A stretch of 50,945 nt of DNA from IMG/VR virus record IMGVR_UViG_3300024182_000004, positions 1 through 50,945 of that record; one strand, 5' to 3'. The position numbers were made by a program, and so were the translations under genes. The notes beneath the pieces were generated by a model that ran no database searches, was not told the origin of the DNA, and saw only the letters and a list, made by a program, of their open reading frames with translations. Each line of letters begins with the position of its first letter. Position 1 is the stretch's first letter. This document shows positions 28,961-36,771 of this stretch, in pieces. The DNA is from a virus. Lineage: Duplodnaviria; Caudoviricetes.

Positions 28961-29262
28961 AATGCACGCTCCTGCATAGCCTTCGTCTCGACGATGACCG
29001 TCCCGCTTATCCACGCGGTAGGAATTCCACCGGCGGACCAGTACAACTTCGACGCCTCTTCGTTAAGGTCTACGTTCTTGAAACTGCCGTCTTCGTCGCA
29101 CCACAGATGCCCGCCGCCGGGCAGGGCTATGTGCTCCACGGTGGTGCAGCCGTTGCCGATGATCGCGCACATTTCGCGCAACCTGCCGGCCGTATCGCGT
29201 GGTTTGCTCTTGTAGGTGTATCCGGTCCTGGTTCCATCGGGGGTGATGATCTCGGTTTTCAC
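28957..29262 (-). CDS. DUF3846-like protein
   Basis: IITPDG...VEHI...LWCDEDG...LNEEAS...ISGTVIV. Confidence 0.7.
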   Translation of the reverse strand: MKTEIITPDGTRTGYTYKSKPRDTAGRLREMCAIIGNGCTTVEHIALPGGGHLWCDEDGSFKNVDLNEEASKLYWSAGGIPTAWISGTVIVETKAMQERAL

Positions 29263-29459
29263 AATGCACGCTCCCGCGCGTCTTGCGCGTCAGGGCCAGC
29301 AACCGCCTGCAGGTGTACCGCGTGCTCGCCCCTGGCCTGCTGAGCCGTCAGGTTGCGAGCTGACCATTTCCCGCATGAGCACGTAGCATCGTATTTCGTT
29401 TCGCGCCTGGCGCGGTCGACGCGGCCGTTTGAAGTGAGTCTGAGTGTGTGAGGGTTCAT
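29259..29459 (-). CDS. Small Zn-binding protein
   Basis: H...ATCSCGKW...HAVH. Confidence 0.6.
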   Translation of the reverse strand: MNPHTLRLTSNGRVDRARRETKYDATCSCGKWSARNLTAQQARGEHAVHLQAVAGPDAQDARERAL

Positions 29460-29671
29460 GATGCGCCGCCGGTCGACTTAATTCGCGGATCATGGATGAA
29501 TTTGCCCTCCGCATCCTTGCGAAACCAGCGCGTAGAAGAAACGGCGCATCGCACCGTAGCGTCTCCTGATTTCTTGCCGTCCATTGTTGACAACTGGTAC
29601 AAACGGGCGGATAGGTTAACCGGGATCACGGGATACTTTTCGCCAGCGATTTCTACATACAGGTTGTGCAT
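29456..29671 (-). CDS. Hypothetical protein
   Basis: AGGAGG SD; coupled to next gene. Confidence 0.6.
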   Translation of the reverse strand: MHNLYVEIAGEKYPVIPVNLSARLYQLSTMDGKKSGDATVRCAVSSTRWFRKDAEGKFIHDPRIKSTGGAS

Positions 29672-29891
29672 TGTTTGTAACCTCCTTTCTGCCCTCCGAA
29701 CGTCTCACGCGCTGGAGGGCAGGAGCAGGCTACGATTCAGTGTTTATTGGCGACCGCGCCACACTCGCAATACACATAGCACGGTCCCTCACTTGCGACC
29801 ACGTGAACGTGTGCGGGTTCATCGAACCCAGGCAAGCGACACAGCGCGCAGACATGCCAGACGAACAGATCGGCATATATGGCGACGGGCA

Positions 29892-30140
29892 TCACAGCAC
29901 CTCCGCGAGAGATTCCCACGCGGGGAATGTCCACACCGGAACGTGACTCGGTGCCGGGGCGTACGCGCGTTCTGCTATCTCCCTTGCAGCGACTTCGACT
30001 CCCGCCCTCCGCTCACTCCACCAATCGTAATGTGCGCGGCAGACCTTGAACGTCGTTCCGTTATGCATCGTCAGGAGTCTAATCTTTCCATTACTGCATA
30101 CGTCCTGTGCGAAGAATATGAAATCGCATGTGGCGGGCAT
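29892..30140 (-). CDS. Hypothetical protein
   Basis: TGATG-coupled to the upstream gene. Confidence 0.5.
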   Translation of the reverse strand: MPATCDFIFFAQDVCSNGKIRLLTMHNGTTFKVCRAHYDWWSERRAGVEVAAREIAERAYAPAPSHVPVWTFPAWESLAEVL

Positions 30141-30613
30141 CAGAGCCACCTTTGAGACAGCGCGTATCCGCCGTCTTTGTGCATCATGTTGCCGTCTTTC
30201 TCCGAGCCAGCCTTCCATGTCCGTTTGTTGCCATCGCGACCGCTATAGACATATTCGCCTCGATGTTCACTTGACCGGCAACTCTCCCCGCTGCACGTAT
30301 ACCCCTCGCGGAATAGAACACTCGAAAGGTTGTAGACAAGCGAGAATCCCATGTCCATGCCGCAACCACCGACCACGATCCCGTCATGCTTGCCGATGCG
30401 CTCGCCACACGCCAGCGCCACATTGCCGTCCAAGTGCAGCATTCCTTCGCTTCCGTCCTTGTGCATCGCCTTCAAGCTGATTTCGCGCTGCATACCGCTC
30501 CTCGACACGTTGCGAAGGATCGTATAGACCGTGTCCCCCGGTTTGAGCCATTCCCTCAAACGTTCGATCGCGTCCTGCTTCTCGGTCTCGCGGACTGCCT
30601 TTTTGGTTGCCAT
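30140..30613 (-). CDS. Conserved phage early protein (GCGMDMGF motif)
   Basis: LKPGDTVYTILRNVSRSGMQREI and VGGCGMDMGFSLVYNL. Confidence 0.75.
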   Translation of the reverse strand: MATKKAVRETEKQDAIERLREWLKPGDTVYTILRNVSRSGMQREISLKAMHKDGSEGMLHLDGNVALACGERIGKHDGIVVGGCGMDMGFSLVYNLSSVLFREGYTCSGESCRSSEHRGEYVYSGRDGNKRTWKAGSEKDGNMMHKDGGYALSQRWL

Positions 30614-30669
30614 GGCGTCTCTCGCTTTCCTGTTGTCTGTTTGGATGGCCCGTAATTGAGTCACTCCGC

Positions 30670-30698
30670 ACAACCGTCGACCAGTGGTCGACGGTTGT
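30670..30698. repeat. Perfect inverted repeat (13-bp stem)
   Basis: ACAACCGTCGACC-AGT-GGTCGACGGTTGT just downstream of the ComEA-like stop. Confidence 0.75.
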
Positions 30699-30704
30699 AC
30701 GTTG

Positions 30705-31088
30705 TTACTCGACCACAAGCGCGCCGTTCGCGTACTGAATCACTTCCCGATCCGCACCGACGCGCGCCTGACATTGCGCACCGGACTCGCCAGCTCGGCA
30801 CGTAACGATTTTCGCGGCCGCCGTGGTCGCGCCGGAAGTCACGACGAAATGAAACATCACCTTGAGGCGCGCATCCTTGATGCCCTTGACGTACAGGAGC
30901 GAGCCGGGATTCGCGTACGGACGACCGGCGACGATCCGCGCAGCCATTACGGTGCCGACGCCGGGGAGGAACTGGAGCTGAGCCAGTGTGGCCGTGTTGA
31001 CGTTCACGGACGGCGGCGCCGCGGCGTGAGGTTGCGCGTTGATCGTGGCAGCGGACAAGAGCGCGAGGGCGAGGATTGCGCGCCTCAT
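30705..31088 (-). CDS. ComEA-like helix-hairpin-helix DNA-binding protein with signal peptide
   Basis: MRRAILALALLSAATINA-QP; VNVNTATLAQLQFLPGVG...AARIV...RPY...L..VKGI. Confidence 0.85.
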   Translation of the reverse strand: MRRAILALALLSAATINAQPHAAAPPSVNVNTATLAQLQFLPGVGTVMAARIVAGRPYANPGSLLYVKGIKDARLKVMFHFVVTSGATTAAAKIVTCRAGESGAQCQARVGADREVIQYANGALVVE

Positions 31089-31228
31089 GCTGTCCACCCT
31101 TCACCCTCGGGCGCGAAATCGCCCCCCGTCATCCACGCAACGAAATGAGCGATCAACGCGAAACGTGTAACGTAGTATGCCTTGCCGTCAATCGGATTGA
31201 ACACCTCGAACTCGACTCGCATTTTCAT
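31085..31228 (-). CDS. First early gene, 47 aa (not in ORF track)
   Basis: GGAGG SD; MKMRVEFEVFNPIDGKAYYV...; ATGA overlap with the ComEA-like gene. Confidence 0.6.
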   Translation of the reverse strand: MKMRVEFEVFNPIDGKAYYVTRFALIAHFVAWMTGGDFAPEGEGWTA

Positions 31229-31248
31229 GACTGCCTCCATGACCGTGC

Positions 31249-31277
31249 AAGTTACGTCCTCAATTCGAATACGTCAA
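31249..31277 (-). promoter_or_regulatory. Leftward sigma70-like early promoter
   Basis: TTGACG-N17-TAACTT heading the minus-strand arm. Confidence 0.65.
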
Positions 31278-31279
31278 GC

Positions 31280-31960
31280 GAAATCTCTCACTTTCTCAAA
31301 CAAAGTCGCGAGACTGGAGGAGCGTAATTCGGCTTACGGCATACTTTCGCCTCGTTTGTCAAGTCAGGACGCAATCCCTCTCCCAGGGAATCACATCGGC
31401 GACGACAACGTTTAAACACTCCGCTCGCGCTGGGGTGGTGAAGAACCAGCCTCCGCGCCGGCCCCGCCTCGTGCTCTGCCACCCTGTCTGACAGGAATCG
31501 CATCACGAGGCGTCTATCCCCTCCCTCCTCGATAGTGACAATCTTCGTCACGCCAACACTGACACTTTCTGTCACTGCTGGCTGCTCGAAGGCCTTGACG
31601 GTTGTCGATTCCGGGCCTCGACGCTACCCCTACCTCGCCCCTACCTGGCCGCCGGAACAGGACCGTTCGGAGCTGTCCCATGCATAGCATGCAACGCGTT
31701 TAAACGCCTATGCATCAATGAGATAGCGTCATCACCACTACCACGCTGCGCACACCAGAATCGACCCCCACCGGGTCTCCCCGGGCTTCCCTTTCCCTCC
31801 GTTTGGGACCCCCTGTAGCTCTCCATCCGACGATCTCCCTCATCGGTGCCTATGTCACCAGAAAAGGACAAAGGAATCAGCGAGTTACGAGACTTGAGGT
31901 TCGAAAAAGGCTGGCTCGGGAGAAAGCGCGAAAAAATCTGATTTTGTTTCACATGGAACA
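31280..31960. other. Divergent non-coding region (candidate packaging site, physical end or origin)
   Basis: Strand switch point; no convincing ORF; palindromes and A/T tracts. Confidence 0.5.
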
Positions 31961-31962
31961 TC

Positions 31963-31978
31963 GGTTACAATCCGCGCC
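31963..31978 (+). promoter_or_regulatory. Repeated promoter motif copy 5
   Basis: GGTTACAATCCGCGCC; ATG at 31983. Confidence 0.75.
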
Positions 31979-31982
31979 CACG

Positions 31983-32078
31983 ATGAGCGAATACAACTTC
32001 TACCTTCCTCTGGCGCTGGTACTGGTCGGCGCCTTCCTGGCGTATGTTTGGTGGACGTGGAAGAGGGCGACGAGGTGA
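31983..32078 (+). CDS. Small membrane peptide (31 aa)
   Basis: MSEYNFYLPLALVLVGAFLAYVWWTWKRATR; GTGA overlap with the methyltransferase. Confidence 0.55.
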   Translation: MSEYNFYLPLALVLVGAFLAYVWWTWKRATR

Positions 32079-33511
32079 GAAGGCCTCTGGCGATCGACCT
32101 GTGCTGCGGTCTTGGCGGTTGGACCGAAGGTCTGCTGGCCGAGGGTTGGGATGTCGTCGGCTTCGATATCGAGCGCCATCGGTACGGCGCGCATCAGTAT
32201 CCCGCGCAGCTCGTGCTTCAGGACATCTTGACCCTCGACGGCCGCCAGTTCCGCAGCGTGGCGTCGCTGATCGTCGCCTCGCCACCGTGCCAGCGCTACA
32301 GCTACATGGCGATGCCGTGGTCGCGAGCAAAGGCGCTGATCGCCTGGCACCGAGAGGATGGCCACCCTGAGCGCATCGTCGAGCTCAACGCGCTGTTCAA
32401 CGCCTGCCTGCGGATTGGTCGCGAGGCTGGCTGTCCGATCGTCATCGAGAATGTGCGCGGGGCGATTCCTTGGGTGGGGCGCTCGCGTTGGAATTACGGC
32501 TCATTCCACCTTTGGGGCGATGTGCCGGCGCTGATGCCGATCACATTTCGAAGATCAGTCATGAAGTCCGGCGTCACGCATCGAGCCGGTACAAATTTCC
32601 ACCGCAAGACTCCCGCCGGATCATGGGATCCGACGCGAGCGAATTTCGTCCAAGGAACGAAGGAATGGGTCGAGGAATGGGTCGATGACTCGATCAAGGT
32701 CGGAGATGTCGGCTGGCGTCGCGACAACGATATTCATCCGGTCGGCTTCAATGTGATGGCTACGCGTCAGATGCTCGCCGATGATTCGGTCAAGGTCGGC
32801 GGCTCAGCCGGTGACGATTGGTTCACCCACCACAACCGCCCCGAATTCGATCGCCGCGCAGGCCTGACAGTGCCGGTCGAATGCGAGGGCTGCGGAACGT
32901 CCGTGGTGATGAGCAGCTGGACGATCGAAGCTGACCTCAACGAATTCGGGCGCGCCCACTCCGGGTGCATCGGATCGAAAGTCATTGTTGGCAGAGCGGA
33001 GATACGCGAACATGGAGGAACAGATGGAACAGAGGATTTGCGCGGGCTGTGCAGTGATGGAGCCGTGGCAACACAGATGCTTCGGAGCGAAGGATTGCGA
33101 CTGTCCGGAGTGTCGGGAAGCGGACCGGTTGTTCCCGACGTATCCCGACGAACTTCCGAATTGGAAATCGCCGGACGTGACGGGCTGAAGGTGCCGAGCC
33201 GGGACGGTAGACGCACCGATCCAGGCAACGGCGCACGCTTCACCAGCGACGAGGACCGCGCCACGAAGAACTCCGGCGGCTCCTGGTTCAACGTCGCGCA
33301 CAACACGGAGAGCGGGAAGGGGCAGAATCCGGATGGGCGGAAGGTCACCGGCGATTGGTTCGGCGACTATGCGGCGATGAAAGAATCCGGCACGATCTCA
33401 CCTGGACGAATGCATGGCAAAGGAAGTCAGGCCCGCAAAGCCGCATCGGCGCGGATCGCGAAGATACCGCTGGCTCTGGCGCGGCACATCGCGAGGGTCT
33501 ACCACCCATGA
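32075..33511 (+). CDS. C5 cytosine DNA methyltransferase-like protein with long modular variable region
   Basis: Motif I IDLCCGLGG, motif IV SPPCQRYS, motif VI IENV; C-terminal IAKIPLALARHIA. Confidence 0.8.
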   Translation: MRRPLAIDLCCGLGGWTEGLLAEGWDVVGFDIERHRYGAHQYPAQLVLQDILTLDGRQFRSVASLIVASPPCQRYSYMAMPWSRAKALIAWHREDGHPERIVELNALFNACLRIGREAGCPIVIENVRGAIPWVGRSRWNYGSFHLWGDVPALMPITFRRSVMKSGVTHRAGTNFHRKTPAGSWDPTRANFVQGTKEWVEEWVDDSIKVGDVGWRRDNDIHPVGFNVMATRQMLADDSVKVGGSAGDDWFTHHNRPEFDRRAGLTVPVECEGCGTSVVMSSWTIEADLNEFGRAHSGCIGSKVIVGRAEIREHGGTDGTEDLRGLCSDGAVATQMLRSEGLRLSGVSGSGPVVPDVSRRTSELEIAGRDGLKVPSRDGRRTDPGNGARFTSDEDRATKNSGGSWFNVAHNTESGKGQNPDGRKVTGDWFGDYAAMKESGTISPGRMHGKGSQARKAASARIAKIPLALARHIARVYHP

Positions 33512-33717
33512 TCGCCGACTGCCCTGACTGCGGCCGGGTGGAGTTGTACCGCGGCAGGTGTCCGGTGTGCGGCGGGGAGTCGTGGGGTGTGCCAGGTGGG
33601 ATTCCGGCGCGGTCGGCGAAGAAACTGCCGTTCCTGCAGCTCATCAAGGCCGTAAAGAAGCCGGCGGCGGTGCAGAGGTCGATCGCGGCGTTCTCGAGGT
33701 TCAGGAGGAGAGGGTGA
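33508..33717 (+). CDS. Small Zn-finger protein
   Basis: CPDC...CPVC; coupled at both ends. Confidence 0.6.
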   Translation: MIADCPDCGRVELYRGRCPVCGGESWGVPGGIPARSAKKLPFLQLIKAVKKPAAVQRSIAAFSRFRRRG

Positions 33718-34340
33718 GTCTCTTCCGAACCATCGTCGCGGATCCGCCGTGGCCGATCAAATGGACCGGAGGGGCGGCTCGGCGAACGAATGGCCGCAAG
33801 GTCGTCTATTGGAACTCGCGCTTCAAGACGAAGCTGCCGTACGAAACGATGTCGATCGACGCGATCTGCGCGCTGCCGGTTGGCGACATGGCCGATCGAG
33901 ACGCTCACCTCTACCTCTGGATTCCCGACCAGTTCCTTATCGCTGGCGACGGAGCGCGGGTAGCTGCAGCGTGGGGCTTCAAGCCGATTCGCCTACTCGT
34001 CTGGAAGAAAACCGGGTTCGGTCTCGGCCGGTTCCCGCGCCCACAGCACGAGGCCGTGATCGTTTGCAAGCGTGGGAGCCTCCCGTTTCGCGTGGCAGAC
34101 GTCGGTAGCGTCCAGACGTGGAAGATGCCCTACAAGCGCATCGTGACGGCCAGCGGGCGGCCTGGCGCGGCGCGCGATCACTCGCGGAAGCCGGAAGAAC
34201 TACAGGATCTGGTCGAGCTAGCCAGCCACGGCCCCTACCTCGAGCTTTTCGCCCGTCGCGCCCGTCCCGGGTGGTCATCGTGGGGCGACCAGGTCGCGTC
34301 CGATGTGACGCTTCCCTTGCCGGATCAGCGCCTCTTCTGA
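33714..34340 (+). CDS. MT-A70-family adenine methyltransferase
   Basis: IVADPPW, YETMS, HLYLW, HSRKP, YLELFARR...GW..WGD. Confidence 0.92.
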   Translation: MSLFRTIVADPPWPIKWTGGAARRTNGRKVVYWNSRFKTKLPYETMSIDAICALPVGDMADRDAHLYLWIPDQFLIAGDGARVAAAWGFKPIRLLVWKKTGFGLGRFPRPQHEAVIVCKRGSLPFRVADVGSVQTWKMPYKRIVTASGRPGAARDHSRKPEELQDLVELASHGPYLELFARRARPGWSSWGDQVASDVTLPLPDQRLF

Positions 34341-34349
34341 GAAAAGAAA

Positions 34350-34375
34350 AGCCCCGGGTCGAGGCCGGGGCTCTT
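34350..34375. terminator. Intrinsic terminator-like hairpin
   Basis: AGCCCCGG-gtcgagg-CCGGGGCT flanked by an A-tract and CTT. Confidence 0.65.
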
Positions 34376-34415
34376 GCTGTAGCGAATCTCCCCAAGGTGT
34401 AGCGTTTTGCCCCAT

Positions 34416-34464
34416 TGTGCGGAAAATCGCACAGTTGACTCGCCGACACTCGAGGTCGTAAGCT
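34416..34464 (+). promoter_or_regulatory. Promoter with upstream palindromic operator
   Basis: TGTGCG-N6-CGCACA at 34416-33, then TTGACT-N18-TAAGCT. Confidence 0.55.
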
Positions 34465-34469
34465 CGCCG

Positions 34470-34850
34470 ACAGAATGACGATCCAAGCAAGGTCACTCCG
34501 GGGGATGTATCAGTTTGCTCCTCCGACGGAAACGAGAAGACCACCCGCGAAGGTGGCCTTTCGTCTTTCCGGAGCGCCGGTGGTTACGAGGTCAGCCGGC
34601 GCAACAAAAGCTCTCTGTCACGGGAGCGAAAAGCACTATAAAACATTTGCGTCGACCTCGCAAGTATCTACCCCGAGAGGCTGGGAGCTCGTACATCCGC
34701 GAGCCAATCGATTCCCGCAGAGTCGAGAGATAAGAGTTGCCGGGTATTTGAGGGACACGACTGACGGGGCCCGGCGGTCCTAGACCTGGAAGTGGGGTGG
34801 TGTTTGGGTAGCGTCCGGGGTTGCTCCAACCCCTCATCCTGGACGCTGTA
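34470..34850 (+). ncRNA. Candidate structured ncRNA of about 380 nt
   Basis: Series of hairpins (34528-70, 34574-602, 34810-47 and others); no coding-like ORF. Confidence 0.5.
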
Positions 34851-34886
34851 TAGACTCTGGAATATTTTGTGCTCGAAATCTTCCGC

Positions 34887-34922
34887 TTGCATGGCGCGTG
34901 AGGGTCGGTTACACTCCGCGCC
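34887..34922 (+). promoter_or_regulatory. Sigma70-like promoter, motif copy 6, leaderless
   Basis: TTGCAT-N17-TACACT-CCGCGCC-ATG. Confidence 0.78.
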
Positions 34923-35483
34923 ATGTGGACATCGAAAGCAACGATTCCTCCGATCAAGATCAGGCTGGCCGCGTTGAAGGTTGCGTTAGCTGATGCTGCC
35001 GATGGGCGTGTCGGCCGTCTTCAACAACAGCTTGAAATCGCAGTGCACGATCTCGACACCCTCCTCGCCGCCTATTACGACCAGGTCCGCTACAACGCCA
35101 CGGCGATCGAGATCATCCGCACCCTCAGCGACAACCCGGCAACCGAGAACGCGCGCTGCAGCGGCCGGACGGCGCGGTTGGCGCTTCGAGCCCTCATCGC
35201 TCTTTCGGCCGGCCATGACGTCGCGGTCGTCGGCCTGAACGTGCGGCATGCGCTCGAGATGAAGCTCAAGATCGAGCGGAACGCGATGAAGTGGCACATC
35301 CCCTACGACGGCGGCATGTACGCGCCGCGGGAGTCCAGGGGCGAGCGAGCGCCGATGGTGCGAGCCTTCACGCCCGACGAGGACCGCAGTGGCTTTCGCG
35401 GCGTCGTCCTGGTCGATCACGCAGTCATCGAACGAATGGAAGCGGTCGCCGGTGTGGGGCCGGTTGTAGAGGAGGTTGTCTGA
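34923..35483 (+). CDS. Degenerate P-loop (terminase-ATPase-like) protein
   Basis: ARCSGRT (Walker A-like), VAVVG, SGFRGVVLVDH (Walker B-like). Confidence 0.55.
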   Translation: MWTSKATIPPIKIRLAALKVALADAADGRVGRLQQQLEIAVHDLDTLLAAYYDQVRYNATAIEIIRTLSDNPATENARCSGRTARLALRALIALSAGHDVAVVGLNVRHALEMKLKIERNAMKWHIPYDGGMYAPRESRGERAPMVRAFTPDEDRSGFRGVVLVDHAVIERMEAVAGVGPVVEEVV

Positions 35484-35719
35484 TGCACGTCATTGATGCA
35501 GCTCGGGTGATGCACGAAACGGTTCGCGGGTTCTATTTGCCGCAGGGCGCGCGGCATCCGACGATCACTGCCGCATGGGGGGACCTACCGCAGGACAAGC
35601 GCGACGAGGCCGTCTCGATTGCGCAGAAGGTCGTCGATGGTGACTTCAAATCGGCGGGCGACATCGACAACCTCCGCTTCGCCGTCGTCAGCGCCCTGCG
35701 CCCGTTCGTCGAAGAATGA
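35483..35719 (+). CDS. Hypothetical protein (RyR-associated-like)
   Basis: AARVMHE...WGDLPQDKRD; GGAGG SD. Confidence 0.6.
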   Translation: MHVIDAARVMHETVRGFYLPQGARHPTITAAWGDLPQDKRDEAVSIAQKVVDGDFKSAGDIDNLRFAVVSALRPFVEE

Positions 35720-35949
35720 TTGAGCCGATTTTTTCCGTCGCCGCCGTGGAAAGTATTTCCGTGGGAATTCGGCCTTTCGAAGAGCTGGTCCGCGTTGATG
35801 CGCTTTTTCGGAAGTGGAACGAGCGCCGATGGTGGAGGTACTTTACGAAACCGCCACGCGAGACACCGCTCTCAATTCACGAGGTCATCGCAATGAAGCA
35901 CAAAATCGCGTACGACTCAATGGAGCGAATGCTGAGGAGTGCGTTGTGA
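35716..35949 (+). CDS. Hypothetical protein
   Basis: Coupled at both ends. Confidence 0.6.
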   Translation: MIEPIFSVAAVESISVGIRPFEELVRVDALFRKWNERRWWRYFTKPPRETPLSIHEVIAMKHKIAYDSMERMLRSAL

Positions 35950-36335
35950 TCGCCTTCAACCTCCGCCCCCTCCCGCGCATCCTCGCGCGCTTCGTAGGTC
36001 TCGGCCGCCGCCGGCCGTACAAGTTCGCCGCGGACGTGATCGCGCTATGGCACATCGAGACCTACGTCCCTGGCGAGGCGCTCATCCTGACCGAGAAGGG
36101 GCCGGTTCACCTCACCCTCGCGGCTCACGAGTCAGTCCGTAAGTTCTCGCTCCCGCGCACCGGCTGGACGGGGGTCTACCTCCAGAAGCAGCGCAACACC
36201 TGGACGTTGACGACGATCGCGTTCTGCTGCACGTTGACGCTGATGTGGTGCCACACGCCGAATGTCGAGAAAATCGAGCCGTGGGAAGTCGCCTCGGCAG
36301 CACAAGCGAAAGGAGGCAAGAGGATGCGGAACTAA
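35946..36335 (+). CDS. Hypothetical protein
   Basis: GAGGAG SD plus GTG; followed by a terminator. Confidence 0.6.
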   Translation: MIAFNLRPLPRILARFVGLGRRRPYKFAADVIALWHIETYVPGEALILTEKGPVHLTLAAHESVRKFSLPRTGWTGVYLQKQRNTWTLTTIAFCCTLTLMWCHTPNVEKIEPWEVASAAQAKGGKRMRN

Positions 36336-36362
36336 CACCACAAAACAGGTCTACTGAGGAGG

Positions 36363-36394
36363 AAACGCCGTCCGTGAAATCGGGCGGCGTTTTT
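36363..36394 (+). terminator. Intrinsic terminator
   Basis: AAACGCCGTCCG-tgaaat-CGGGCGGCGTTT followed by a T-rich tail. Confidence 0.8.
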
Positions 36395-36398
36395 GTTG

Positions 36399-36434
36399 TT
36401 GACTCCTGTTTCGTGCTCGGTTACACTTCGCGCC
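36399..36434 (+). promoter_or_regulatory. Sigma70-like promoter, motif copy 7
   Basis: TTGACT-N17-TACACT-TCGCGCC, then AGGAGG SD. Confidence 0.8.
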
Positions 36435-36449
36435 CATAGGAGGATTGTC

Positions 36450-36767
36450 ATGGCCCAGAAACAAGACGAGATCCCCGGATTCGAACGACCGAAGATCAAG
36501 GCGATCGAGGATGCGGCGACGGCGCATCGTGATCTGGTCGAGAAACGGCTCAAACTTCAAGAGAAGGAAGAGGCGACTGCTGATGCCCTCCAGAAGATTC
36601 TCCACAAGTACGAAGATAAACTCGTCGACCGCGACAAGGACGGCAACCCCGGCTACGTCTACTACGATGGCGAGCAGCCGATGATCGCGACGCTCAAACG
36701 CTCCGAGGAAAAAGTGAGCGTTCGCAAGTACACGCCGCCGAAAGAAAAGGCCGAGAAGAAAGAGTAA
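36450..36767 (+). CDS. Highly charged hypothetical protein
   Basis: Own promoter and strong SD; Lys/Glu-rich. Confidence 0.75.
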   Translation: MAQKQDEIPGFERPKIKAIEDAATAHRDLVEKRLKLQEKEEATADALQKILHKYEDKLVDRDKDGNPGYVYYDGEQPMIATLKRSEEKVSVRKYTPPKEKAEKKE

Positions 36768-36771
36768 CGCT

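Noticed and set aside
31288-31961. ORFs in the divergent region
   Set aside because: No SD, atypical composition and no recognisable motifs
32560-33420. CRISPR-like array
   Set aside because: Repeats are degenerate and peptide-level within an open frame; no identical DNA repeats and no cas genes
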